A stretch of 40,776 bases of DNA, taken from positions 79,699,243 to 79,740,018 of the forward strand of contig NC_057723.1 of NCBI RefSeq assembly GCF_004010195.1, written 5' to 3'. The DNA comes from Chiloscyllium plagiosum. Lineage: Eukaryota. Under the pieces are notes generated by a model, which did not search any database, had not been told where the DNA came from, and was given only the letters and a program-made list of their open reading frames with translations. A program made the position numbers and the translations under genes. This document shows positions 1 to 12,002 of the stretch, one piece after another. How positions within the stretch are numbered: the stretch's first letter is position 1; every line of letters begins with the position of its first letter.

Positions 1-701
1 CTCCCAGTTTAAAATGTGATGCAATTCTGTGGACTAGCCCAAGGAATGGGGTACAAAAATATTGGTAACTATTGTCAGTCTGAGAGATCAGGAACTAACT
101 GCACAGCTGTAATTGGAGGAGCATTGAGCATGAGAGAATCTGAGTAGCTGCTGCTTCAATGTAAATTTTGTCTCTTCCATGCTGGTTGCTCCAGCTCCTT
201 TCATCACAGGTCTCATCCTCCTGTTCTTGCTGCTCCTCCAGTGACATGGTCTGTGATTGGAGGAATGTTGATGACCATTGAATCAGATTGCAAAGGATCT
301 AACTTTTTTTTATTGCATCCACAGTGGGTTCCTAGAAAAATAATAGAAATCATGGCTGCCATTATGTAAAAATATGTTTAACAGTCTAAGCTTTTCTAGC
401 AATGATAGTGTTTGTGTAGAAAATTGTAACTTGGCAAGTTTTTAAACCAGAAATGCATGTTTATGCACAGAGATATTAGCTAGATGATGAGCATTAAGGT
501 AAAGCCCAAGTCTCTAAAGTGGCAATGAATTCATAGACAGAAATTATATTCACAAAAGGGTGTCTAAATAATAATTTGCCGTTAGGTAAATTGTTCAATA
601 TTGTACCAGTAGACCCCAGCATCTGGGTCTTGAACACTACCAGCACTCATCAGAAGCCAGACTCCTTCCTGAGGGAAATGCTACTAAATAGAAATGACGT
701 G

Positions 702-1013
702 AGATTAGATTCCCTACAGTGTGGAAACAGGCTGTTCGGCCCAGAAGTCCATACCAACCCTCCGAAGAGCAACCCACCCAGACCCATTTCCCCCTGACTA
801 ATGCACCTAACCCTATGGGCAATTTAGCATAGCCAGTTCACCTAACCTGCACATCTTTGGACTGTGGGCGGAAACCGGAGTACCCGGAGGAAACCCGTGC
901 AGAGACTGGGAGAATGTGCAGACTCCACACAGACAGTCACCCGAGGCTGGAATCGAGCCCGAGTCCCTGGAACTGTGAGGCAACAGTGCTAACCACTGAG
1001 TCACTGTGCCACC
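702..1013 (-). mobile_element. tRNA-derived SINE (HE1-type shark SINE), near full length
   Basis: Minus strand starts GGCACAGTGACTCAGTGGTTAGCACTG (A-box-like) ... GGCTCGATTCC (B-box-like) and ends in the ...CCACACTGTAGGGAATCTAATC tail. The same sequence recurs at 25099, 30982, 34227, 37327 and 39170. Confidence 0.85.
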
Positions 1014-1664
1014 CAGTGCAATTTTAAGAGAACAAAACCTGTTGCTCCATTGTTGTGGTTGGTTTCTTTACTTAAATTGGCTGCAGACCTATGTATCTGG
1101 GGCTCAATGCAGTTCATTAGCAATAGATTCTTAATTGAACAGATTAACAGATGGATGAGAAATTCAAGCTTAATATTAAGGTTGTTCTACGGTGGATTCA
1201 AAAGCGTCAATTTGCCGCTTCTAAGACCTGAAGCAGGACCTGTTTAATGGAAATCCCAGGCTTTTAAGCAATGTCTTCATTGTTCAAATGTTACCAATCA
1301 TTGAATAACTAACAGAGCTTGGTTATAGTAATAGTAGTGCATCATAGTGTCAGGCATCAAAGTAGGTACTGTTATTAATTTTGTAAACTGCAACATTTCT
1401 TCATCTTTACAACAATACCTGCATTTCTTAATTTGATAAAGTACGCTGGTCCTAATCACCCTACATATTTGAAGTAGTATATAGACTTCTGAAAAGTAGT
1501 GTACATAGTATGTACATAGTTCAAACTGCATTGCCCTGGAATGCTTCCTTCAAGTGTATATTGTGTACTGGTATGGTTAGTATCTGCTGTGTTTACTTTG
1601 GGTCTGTTTAAGTATTTGCATCAGAAGAATCATTTAGATTCTAATGTTCTCTGTCTTCTTTCAG

Positions 1665-1786
1665 GTTTAGATTATGTGGTTCCAAAAGCTGGCTACTACT
1701 GCAAACTTTGCCGTCTCTTCTACACAAGTGAGGAGACAGCTAAGCAGACGCACTGTGGCACCGTTGAGCATTATGAGAGACTTAAG
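1665..1786 (+). CDS. MATR3: Penultimate coding exon of a matrin-3-family gene; C-terminal matrin/U1-type zinc finger (G)[40 protein letters not shown]
   Basis: Acceptor tcttctttcag|, donor AAG|gtaagt, 122 nt, phase 1 to 0. CxxC...HC...H pattern matches the recalled MATR3/RBM20 C-terminal finger. DYV-PK, THC, LK and the short tail favour MATR3 over RBM20/ZNF638, but orthology is not proven. Confidence 0.85.
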
Positions 1787-1868
1787 GTAAGTTTGGTTGT
1801 TCAGGGAAGCAGGTCTTTCTTTCTGTGTACCTGTCAGTTTTTTGAAGAAGATTGTAAGTTGTATAATA

Positions 1869-1955
1869 TGAAGAAGGGCATGTGCCCGAAACGTCGAATC
1901 TTCTGTTCCCTAGATGCTGCCTGACCTGCTGTGCTGTTCCAGCAATAAAGTTTCA
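1869..1955 (+). mobile_element. Penelope-like terminal-repeat stub (family B)
   Basis: TGAAGAAGGGCATGTGCCCGAAACGTCGA...GATGCTGCCTGACCTGCTGTG matches the end of the Penelope element at ~9335-9415. Confidence 0.7.
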
Positions 1956-2936
1956 GCAGTTGTATAATATGGCCTAGGTAAGGTTCAAAAGGTAACACAA
2001 GTATGGAACTATGTATTGTTGGAAAGAGGCCATTCAAATAGTGCATTTAATTCATATTTAAATTAAAATATCTCTGACCATATCTGTAAACCTTTTAGTA
2101 GGAGGATGACAGATTGAGAAATGAAAAAAGTCATTACTTTCCTGATTTTTCTTTTGGTAGCAATGCATTATTTGGGGTTTTAGAAGCTATTTTTTCCCCA
2201 TTTGGAATGTTAGTTACACCCGACAATAGTTAAACTAAGCTTAATTCAGTAGTTTTTTATTCCGTATGGATGTGTAAGAATGTGTTTTTTTATCATACTC
2301 TATCAAACAATTGAATCATTCCAAATTCTATATCCACTATGTCTAATCTTGTTGCAGTAGGGCATGAATAGTTTTTTAAATTTCCTAAATGTTTGTTTGA
2401 AGTGTGAGCTGTTAACTGTTCAGTAAGGGCAACAGGAAAACTGGAGCCTTGATGAGCAAAACAGGTAAAATATATATAATTTCTTTAATACTTTATATAA
2501 TCTCAAAGATTCAAGAAATACAGAGGAACAACTGGCAAATGAGTTAGAGCTGGTAAATTCAAATTAGGTATATCAGGTGAGGGAAGCATTGAATTAAGGG
2601 AGACCTAAAAAGACAGGTTTTTAAATTTAAAAAAAAGTTTGAGAACTAGGCACTTTAAATCTCCTAAAGCAATTTGCAACCTGATTTTGCGTTTGTTTAA
2701 AATTGCTTTTTTTTGTGGAAATGAGGTTCATTAGCAACAATACATAATTATCCTATCATTAAAAGGGTTTTTGTGATGTTACTTACTAAACTTATCCTTC
2801 TGTGGCAAGTTTACTGGACGATGTACATTAAAAATACAGAAACTCCATGAAAAACACAAGATACTGTTTTTGTGAAGCTTAAAGTAGGGGAATGCCAATT
2901 GGCTATAAACAGATGACAATTCACTCTTTACAGAAT

Positions 2937-3164
2937 CTGCAAAGTTAAAAATCTCACAACAACAGGTTATAGTCCAACAGGTTTAATTGGAAGCACTAGC
3001 TTTTGGAGCATCGCTCCTTCAGGTGGTTGTGGAGGACACAACCAGATGAAGGAGCGGTGCTCCGAAAGCTAGTGCTTTCAATTAAACCTGTTAGACTATA
3101 ACCTGGTGTTGTATGATTTTTAACTTTGTACATCCCAGTCCAACACCGGCATCTCCAAATCATG
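2937..3164. mobile_element. Fold-back mini-element (family C, probably Penelope terminal repeats)
   Basis: About 90-bp inverted arms (2941-~3030 / ~3037-3127). Flanked by TTTACAGAAT (2927-2936) and TTTACGGAAT (3165-3174). Related copies at 19523, 32553 and 36308. Confidence 0.75.
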
Positions 3165-3338
3165 TTTACGGAATGTCTCGTTCTCTAAGTTTCTAGCCAA
3201 TTTATGCAATAATATAGGATACTTTATATGCCCCTTTCAGTAAAATCTGGTCCATTCAATTGCATTAGGAGTGCAGCAATTGTTCTGTAGGCAGATATGC
3301 CATCCTCAATTTATTGTGCTGTAGACCAGGATTCATGT

Positions 3339-3447
3339 TGTAAGTTTTTTCAGTGAGTTGGTAGGTTTGTTCTCATACCTAAGAACAAACCTACTGGCTC
3401 AGTGAGCAAGCACTCAACCTGAGCTACAAATGATCTCAAAAATCGCA
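3339..3447. mobile_element. Fold-back Penelope stub (family A) with 14-bp TSD
   Basis: ACCAGGATTCATGT at 3325-3338 and 3448-3461. Internal hairpin GTAGGTTTGTTCT/AGAACAAACCTAC. The end CTCAACCTGAGCTACAAAT matches 10270-10288. Confidence 0.75.
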
Positions 3448-3663
3448 ACCAGGATTCATGTATGGCTTCATAACTGGTTATAAATTTCATTTTTATTTTT
3501 GCTTTGAAATCCATCATAAATACTTAAATAAAAATAAAATTTTACTACTTTCACTGGAAATCACTCACTCTGCTTGTCATTGTAGTTCAAATAGGTAAAA
3601 TATGGAGTTTTCTGTACCTTTGACAGTGTTAGTTAACTCAGTCTTTCTACTGTACTTTTAAAG

Positions 3664-3729
3664 AAAGCGCTGGCCAAGCAAGCTATGGAATACTGGAGAG
3701 AAAAGCAACAGCAATTCGTTCTGGAGTGA
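3664..3729 (+). CDS. MATR3: Terminal coding exon of the matrin-3-family gene: KALAKQAMEYWREKQQQFVLE*
   Basis: Polypyrimidine tract and ttttaaag| acceptor, phase 0 as the previous exon requires. Short helical K-x-L-x-K tail similar to the recalled MATR3 C-terminus (KFLNKLAEE...). TGA at 3727-3729. Confidence 0.75.
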   Translation, partial: KALAKQAMEYWREKQQQFVLE

Positions 3730-6700
3730 CTGAACAAGAACTGAGCAAAACATTGAGAAGCATAATTCCAGTATTACCCAAAACATTGAACACAATCTGA
3801 CAACCCAGATGGATATGGTCTTTTTGCAATTTTTAAATTAGAAAGATTTATATGAGTATCGTGCTCTAATGATGAAAACCTTAGGGCTGTAAGAAAGTTT
3901 GAGTTTTGAAACATTGCCGATATATTATAACTTTAATGTTCATGTTTCTTTTTGGTTTTGAAGCTTCATTAAGTGGAACTCCCAACTGCAGTAATCACTT
4001 CCTTCCAACAGTGAAACAGACTCTGTACTTCAATCCTATTATCCTACAATGTTGATCTCAAACACAGTATCATCTTTTCACAGTAAATTGTTTCTCATCA
4101 CTTAACTATATTGATTATTTTTCATGAAACAGTGATGATTTCAGTCTAGCAAATGAAGCTTCAAAATATTTTTCAAAGTTTGATTTGTTAGCCCCTGTTT
4201 AAAATAAAACTGACAGTGTTGAACTTCTAACATACAGTATTTGTCTCTGGTTAAATATCTGTGATTGGCTTGTGGAGACATTAAGCTTTTAATCATTCAT
4301 TGCTAGTTATGTTTTGTTGAGCTAATATAAATGTTGACAATGTAACTGGCAGTAACTGGAAAAAAGTAAAATACTCTTCAGAAAGAATGAATGAAAAGTT
4401 AAATGGGAATGAATCTCATCCATCATTGTTCCTTCACTGGTTTAAATTAGAATATTGAGTTGTCAGTTATGTTTTCAATTGTAAAACCATAAGTAGGGAG
4501 TTTGTAATCTGGGTTGTGATATATTGGACCAACACTGATATCCATCCATTTCAACCCAAACTAAGCAAATATTTTGAGATTTTATTTTCTTTACCACACA
4601 TATAAACATTGGAAAAAAAAATGTTTTTGTCTTAAAATAGTTGTTACTTCATTCATTCAGTGAATTTTCATCTCCAAGTAGGAATTATTGTCACCTGCAG
4701 TATAAACCAGCTATAAGAAATGTCATTGTCTGGCAATTTACATGTGCTAATTGCAACATACTTGGGATTGTTTGGCTCTTCCCTCTATGGATTAGCAGTA
4801 ATTCATGTTCTCTGTGATTTTTCTTTCATAGATTAAGGTTATGTACTGTAAGTACTCTAACATTTTTACTTTTGTAATCTTGCTAAAGAACCATATTCAA
4901 CACTTGGTGTGATGTTCAGTAAACAAAATTTTAATTTATAACAAGCTCTCAATCTGCACTGCAGAGTGTTTTCCAAATATCATACCTGGTTGTATGAATT
5001 TTGTTCATAGCAGAACATACTTAGCTCATTTTATTGACTACTGTCATATTCAGTTTTCATTAGGACCAAGTGATCACTTAATGTAACAGCCAGTTTTTGA
5101 GGCACGTAACCATAATTGTCAGAGATTTGGTCAATGCTTGAATAGTAGAATAGGTTTTTTTAAAGATCTCATGTATCAATTTAAAAGTATATATGAAATG
5201 CTGCAATTTTTATTAACTTGGCTAGCCCTCAAGTAACATGTGGAAATCTCATCAAATTTGGATGACTCAAAATTCTAAATCTGGAATGCAATAAAAAAAA
5301 GTGTATTTTGGAAGTTCCCATTACTGTGTTTTTTAGACTGAAGTAGATTATTTCAAGACAATATCTCGGCTGTGATATGGGCACCCCATTTGGCTTCTTG
5401 AGATCTTTGTATTTTAGTTCAGTCATTTAGATTGCAGCAAAATACCTGACATGCATGATGAAATCAGGGTCTCCAGACATTGGAACATGACTGCCTTAGA
5501 GCATTTAGATCAGTGCTTTCTAAACTTGAGGCTTGAAAATTGTTGTGACCGTTCAGTGAGAACTAAGAGAGCAGGGGCCTGTTACAGTGGAAGCACAGCT
5601 GTTATAATTCAGTCAGAGCTCTACAGGGGCCATTACTGCCCCAGAGGTCATGACCCCAAAGTCCAAACCCTTTCCCACTTGGGAAACCCTAATTTAGAAA
5701 TCACTGCATGAATCTCCTAGGGACAGAGTGGAATGGAAAAATATGGGGTATTTTGCTGAATTTATTGACTTGTATGCTGCATTCAGTGAAACAACTTGCC
5801 AAACAGATAATAAAGGGGCATGAACTACATTGGTTAATTCAGATGTCGTTATCCAAAATCCTGTGCAACTGCAACTCATTTTTAGATATTTCGTGTTACT
5901 GATGTCATGCACGTCATTGTGTAAATTCTTGCATATTGTGTCATAAAGATATTCAAAATATGTTTGCCATCAGTAAAAAAAAAATTGTAAATCCCAAAGG
6001 AACCAAAGTAACTTGAAACAATGGTTTGACACCACTGGATTAATTAAGCCTCGAAATTCTTGTCAGTTGCACAATTTCTAAGTGTTGCATTGTGCAGTAT
6101 TTGGAAAGTGTAGAAGTTCAGATATTTTGAAAAAAACTTGAACTGTCTATGGGGAACAAACAACAATGGCATTTGGAAAGTCTAATAACTCAGAATTGCC
6201 ATTAAAATTGATTTTTTTCATGTTGATAAGGTGTCAAAAGATCAGATTTGAGAACATTGAGAGTTCTTTCACTGTCCTAAATTTTATATAAAATAACTTG
6301 TTTTCAGTTTGACTCAGTCAAAACCAGATTCTTATCTTCATTTACAATTGAACTCAAATACTTGCTTTTGCATTTTTAAGAGCAAGCATGCTTGTCTATT
6401 AGATCTAAGAGTGTATTTAGTAAACTTCTGAGAGATGGTGTTGGTATTTAAAGTATACAGACATACTAAATCATTGCCGATTAGAACTGTGATGTACTCT
6501 TGCTTCTTGTTTAAATCTGTGGTCTTTAGTACAGACATTGTTTTGTATTCAAACTGTTGAAATATTTTTCTTTGGTTTGATCTGTAATGAACCAAATGTT
6601 GTACAAAGAAGCCTTGGTAGATCACTTGCCTTCCAAATAGATGGCCAGAATTGATAGCTAGATTACCCTATCAGGAGAATCCTTCTGGCCTGGTCAGATA

Positions 6701-7110
6701 AGTGTTCCCAATTCTTGGGCAGCATGTGAAAGCGAGATGTTCCCTCTTAGAAGTGATATGTGACTCCCAAGTGATGTATAACATTTCTGAGAACAGCTAA
6801 ACATGGAATACTGCTATAAGCAGTAAATTGGTGAGTAACTTCGTGATTTGAAAACTGGTAGTTAATGAAGTGGGCCGGCTTTCTTTTATTTCATGTTTGA
6901 TTGCAGTGTTGTTAATTGTTTGCTTTTAAACTCTTTCTTCAACTTTAATGTGTCCAGGATTGGTTGGAAAACCAGCTTTAAATGATAAAATGTGAAATTG
7001 TTGGTTTATTTTGTTTGTTTAAAATTGTGCTGTTGAGAAGGTTGGCTGGAATGGAGAGCCTGTTATGCCTGAACACTACACAATAAAACTTTTATATTGT
7101 TATTGGTGAA
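3730..7110 (+). other. Probable long 3' UTR of the matrin-3-family gene
   Basis: AT-rich and free of recognisable repeats for about 3.4 kb after the stop. AATAAA at 4203, 5290 and 7082; repeats resume after about 7300. Confidence 0.55.
7082..7087 (+). terminator. Candidate distal polyadenylation signal
   Basis: AATAAA followed by T/GT-rich sequence (cttttatattgttattggtg) at the end of the repeat-free block. Confidence 0.5.
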
Positions 7111-7477
7111 AGATGGTCTTAGGAGATTCAACTTTTTTTCCCCCCAGCAAGTGTAAGGGGATAAAGCTTGAAGTGCTGAGAAAGATAAAATCAAGAATTT
7201 GGGAGAAGTGTTTGATTAGTTTTTGTAAAAGCAGAAGGTCACAAAACCAAAACACAACAGACTTGTGGTAAACCCCTTGTGTCTCAGTTTGGTACTGTTT
7301 TCTCTCCACTGAATAACTATGTGGATTCAAATCCCACTGCAGAATTTAAACAAGTAAACTGGGCTGTCATTTCAATCTCGTGTTGAGGTGTGTTATGTCG
7401 ATGAGAGGAGACATCACATTGTGGCATGTCCACCTATTGGGTGGGTCAGTAGCATTACGCTAAAGGGCATGGTGTTC

Positions 7478-8022
7478 GAGAAGTAAGTTTGCTCACTGAG
7501 CTGGAAGATTCATTTTCAGATGTTTCGTCACCATGACTAGGTAACTTCATCAGTGAGCCTCTGCTGAAGCGCTGGTGTTATGTCCTGCTTTCTATTTGTG
7601 TTTAGGTTTCTTTGGGTTGGTGATTTCACTCCCTGTGTTGATGATATCATTTCCTGTTTTTTTTTTCTCAAGGTGGTAGATGGGGTCCAAATCGATGTGT
7701 TTGTTGACAAAGTTCTGGTTGGAATGCCATGCTTCTAGGAATTCTTGTGTGTGTCTCTGTTTAGCTTGTCCTTGGATGGATGTGTTATCCCAGTCAAAGT
7801 GGTGTCCTTCCTCATCTGTATGTAAGGATACTAGTGAGAGAGGGTCATGTCTTTTTGTGGCTCGCTGATGTTCATGTATCCTGGTGGCTAGTTTTCTGCT
7901 TGTTTGTTACAGTTCTTGCAAGGTATTTTGTAAATGATGTTCGCTTTGCTTGTTGCCTGTATAGGCCCTTTTAATTTCGTTAGCTGCTGTTTTAGTGTGT
8001 TGGTGGGATTGTCAGCTATCAA
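7478..8022 (-). mobile_element. Penelope-like element family A, inverted arm (GIY-YIG end plus terminal repeat)
   Basis: Reverse complement of ~9760-10260. The left boundary follows the TSD GGCATGGTGTTC (7466-7477). Confidence 0.85.
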
Positions 8023-8042
8023 ACTGCCATTCCTAAATGTCA

Positions 8043-9420
8043 CAGTAGAGCAAACAGTCATGGGCTCCAGCTATACCTGCCTCTTCGTCGGATATGTGGA
8101 ACAGTCCATTTTCCGCTGCTACACTGGCATCACCCCCCACCTTTTCCTCCGCTATATCAATGACTGTATCAGCGCTACCTCGTGCTCCCACGAGGAGGTT
8201 GAACAGTTCATCCACTTTACTAACACCTTCCACCCCGATCTCAAATTTACCTGGACCATCTCAGACTCCTCCCTCCCCTTCCTAGACCTCTCCATTTCTA
8301 TCTCGGGCGACCAACTCAACACGGACATGTACTATAAACCGACCGACTACCACAGCTACCAAGATAACACCTTCTCCCACCCTGCCCCCTGTAAAAACAC
8401 CATCCCATATTCCCAATTCCTTCGCCTCCGCTGCATCTGCTCCCAGGAGGACCAATCCCAATACCGAACAACCCAGATGGCCTCCTTCTTCAAAGACCGC
8501 AATTTCCCCTCCAACGTGGTTGACGATGCTCTTCACCGCATCTCCTCCACTTCCCGCACTTCCGCCCCTGAACTCTGCCCCTCCAATCGCTACCAGGACA
8601 GAACCCCATTGGTCCTCACCTACCACCCCACCAACTTCCAGATACATCGTATCATCTGCCGTCATTTCCGCCACCTCCAAACAGACCCCAGCACCAAGGA
8701 TATATTTCCCTCCCCTCCCCTATCAGCATTCCGGAAAGACCACTCCCTTCACGACTCCCTCGTCAGGTCCACACCCCACACGAACCCAACCTCCACTCCC
8801 GGCACCTTCCCCTGCAACCGCAAGAAATGCAAAACTTGAGCGCACACCTCCCCCCTCACTTCCCTCCAAGGCCCCAAGGGATCCTTCCATATTCATCACA
8901 AATTCACCTGCACCTCCACGCACATCATTTACTGCATTTGCTGCACCCGATGTGGCCTCCTCTACATTGGGATCAGGCCGTCTACTTGCGGAATGTTTTA
9001 GAGAACACCTCTGGGCACCCGCACCAACCAACCCAATCGCCCTGTGGCTGAACACTTTAACTCCCAGTCCGCCAAGGGCGCCTCCATCGCCAGACCATGG
9101 TAACACGATGCCTGGAGGAAGAGCGCCTCATCTGTCGCCTAGGAACCCTCCAACCACAAGGGATGAATGCAGATTTCTCCAGCTTTCTCATTTCCCCTCC
9201 CCCCACCTTATCTCAGTCCCAACCCTTGGACTCAGCACCGCCTTCTTGACCTGCAATCTTCTTCCTGANNNNNNNCTCCCCCAAGTCCCTCCACCCTACC
9301 TTTTATCTTAGCCTGCTTGGCACACCTTCCCCATTCCTGAAGAAGGGCTTATGCCCAAAACATCGATTCTTCTGCTCCTTGGATGCTGCCTGACCTGCGC
9401 TTTTCCAGCAACACATTTTT
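8043..9420 (+). mobile_element. Penelope-like retroelement family B, 5'-truncated and decayed (RT plus GIY-YIG)
   Basis: MGSSYTCLFVGYVEQ...FLRYINDC (YIDD-type)...LKFT...LPFLDL...YYKPTD...IPYSQFLRLRCICS...PLVLTYHP...GTFPCNRKKCKT, followed by a frameshifted IYCI.C..CGLLYIG. Contains an 8-N gap at 9269-9276. Confidence 0.9.
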
Positions 9421-10304
9421 CAGTCAGACTTCAAATCAGCATCTACAGGAAAACAGCACATACAGACCAAATACTGAACTACAGAAGCAATCATCCCAAC
9501 ACCCACAAAAAAAGCTGCATTGGAATATTATATTGACGAGCCACTATACATTGCTGCACGGAGGAAAATCACCTTTACAGTGTATTCAAAAAGAACAGGT
9601 AGCGAATGAACACAGTCTGCTAATTTCTCAGCAACAAACCCAAACAAGCAGACAAAATGCACACAGAAACCCAAGCCACTCTCCCCTACATCAAAGACAT
9701 CTCAGAAATGACTGCCAGACTACTCAGACCTCTTGGCATCATGGTAGCCCACAAACGCCATCACTAAAACAGCAGCTAATGAACTTGAAAGACCCTATAC
9801 AGACAACAAGCAAAACTAATGTTGTTTACAAAGTACTGTGCAAGGACTGTAACAAACACTACATTGGACAAACAAGCAGAAAACTAGCCACCAGGATACA
9901 TGAACATCAACTAGCCACAAAAACACATGACCCACTTTCACTAGTATCCTTACATACAGATGAGGAAGGACACCACTTTGGGACAATACATCCATCCAAG
10001 GACAAGTCAAACAGAGATGTACATGAGAATTCCTAGAAGCATGGCATTCCAACCAGAACTCTGTCAACAAACACATCAATTTGGACCCCATCTATCTCCT
10101 TCACCAACATTGAAAATGACACCGCCAACCCAAGGAAACCTAGACAAATAGAAATGGGGTCATAACACCAGTTCTCCATCCAGAGGATCACTGATGATGT
10201 TACCTAGTATGGTGATGAAGCGTCTGAAAATGAACCTTCCAGCTCAGCGAGCAAATCTACATCCAGAACCTCAATCTGAGCTACAAATCTTCTCAAAACT
10301 CATT
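9421..10304 (+). mobile_element. Penelope-like element family A, 3' part (RT thumb, GIY-YIG, terminal repeat)
   Basis: IYRKTAHTDQILNYRSNHP; NVVYKVLCKDCNKHYIGQTSRKLATRIHEH. Ends before the TSD copy GGCACGGTGTTC (10305-10316). Confidence 0.9.
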
Positions 10305-12002
10305 GGCACGGTGTTCTGCTCGGACCGCAGCCAAAGTTCCTTTCCTTAACCAGCCTTGTCAAAAACAAGGTTCTTTTACCATCAGACGCAGCCCCAATCT
10401 GTACAGTTTGCGTGGTTTAGGGTAACCAGTGAATGCTAATGCTGCAAATGAGAGATTGCAATTGATATGCTCATGACAGGAAATGAAATTAGAATAGAAG
10501 CAACAGAAGCAGGAGATCTATAAACTTCAATGATGAACCCTTCCAATAAAAAGATATATGCATCACTGAACTGCTTGAACATTTTCAATAATGTGGAGTA
10601 CAATTTCTGCTTTTGGTGCAATCAGCAATAAATTGTGGTGATTTAACATGCAGTTAAAGTTAAATTTTCCACTCAAACTTCTTTGAAATATCATGAAAAT
10701 AAAAAACAGTGCATTTGGACAGCATAACAGAATATAACGTTTTCTTGCATTAAGAAAAATGTATTGATATGTTTCGAAGTGGTAACCTGTAGTTTTATTA
10801 ATACAGCTGAAAATTGGATTATCACAAGCATCAATTTTTAATTTATCAAATCCATTATGAGAGTAGTTTTATTTTAATTACTGCCAGTGAAGGGTTTTCT
10901 TGGCCCTTTCAGCATAATTTTTATTCTCGAACGGTATTAAAAATCTAAGAAACTTGATTAATGTTCATTGCAGAATTTTAAGCACCAGTTACAATGATTT
11001 GCACAAATATCAGATATGCCAGCTCGTGGAAACTCCAGGCTTGTATATGAGTAGAGCCCGTCTGACCCAGGCATAATTTGAGAGTATGTTACTGGTGCTT
11101 GGGACATAGGTAAGTTTTAATCATTAAGACTTTGTGCCTCAGTGGAGGGAATAAGGGAGTTTTGAGAGAGAATTTGCAGAGTGATGGGCGATTCTCTTTT
11201 CAAAGCCTGTTGTTATGATGCCCAAAAGTAGCTCAAGTGTGGTCATTGTCACAAGCGCACAGAAACATTGAAATAATGAAATCCACATAAGAAATAGGAG
11301 CGGGGAGTAGATTTTACAATGTCTTGAACCTACTCCACCCATCAGTAAGATTGGACTAAGCTCTCCATCAGTTCTATTTTCTCTCATTCCATAGCCTTTG
11401 ATCCTTTTCTGCCCAAATATCATTCGTTCTCAGCCTTGAATATCCTCATTGTCTTAATACCCACAGCCCTTTTGGAAGTTGGAATTGCAAAGATTCATAA
11501 TACCAATATTTATTGGCCTCATCATGTTTACATCTGTCTCCATCCTTCCTGTTGGAAAACTTCATGTTTTCCACATTATGGTCCATCTGCAAAGGTGAAC
11601 TGATGTATCTGTGTTTGAAAAGCAATGACAAAAAATAGCCCTGAGAGACTGGCCACTTGAGCTGGACATCCAATAACTTATCAGGTGGGTGAATTGAAAC
11701 ATTTCAAGTTTTACTTTGCTTATTTAGTTTGTAATGTTATAAGCAGTTGATCCTTTTTAAAAATCAGTCATTTTTAACTTCCACAATTTTATACTACAGC
11801 ATCTCAACAAATCTTGATTAACTCTTCTGCATCAGTTAATTTTTGGTCACCAGTCCTTCACCAGTCACCAAATGTTAGTCTTGAATTAGCAGCAGCACTC
11901 TTGCCTCTCAATGAGAAGAGCTTGGGTTCAAGTCCAATTCCATACTTCATGCATCTCTGTTGACAGTTCAACATAGCAATTCTGCGGTTGTTGACTCATA
12001 GG

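Noticed and set aside
702-1013. tRNA-like sequences at SINE heads
   Set aside because: Only A/B boxes fused to a SINE body; these are not tRNA genes.
1541-1924. 127-aa ORF taken as a whole protein
   Set aside because: Only 1665-1786 lies between splice sites; the rest is intron and a Penelope stub.
7934-10036. 301-, 263- and 217-aa ORFs as functional or domesticated genes
   Set aside because: Truncated, frameshifted Penelope fragments; the RT catalytic motif is mutated (YINDC).
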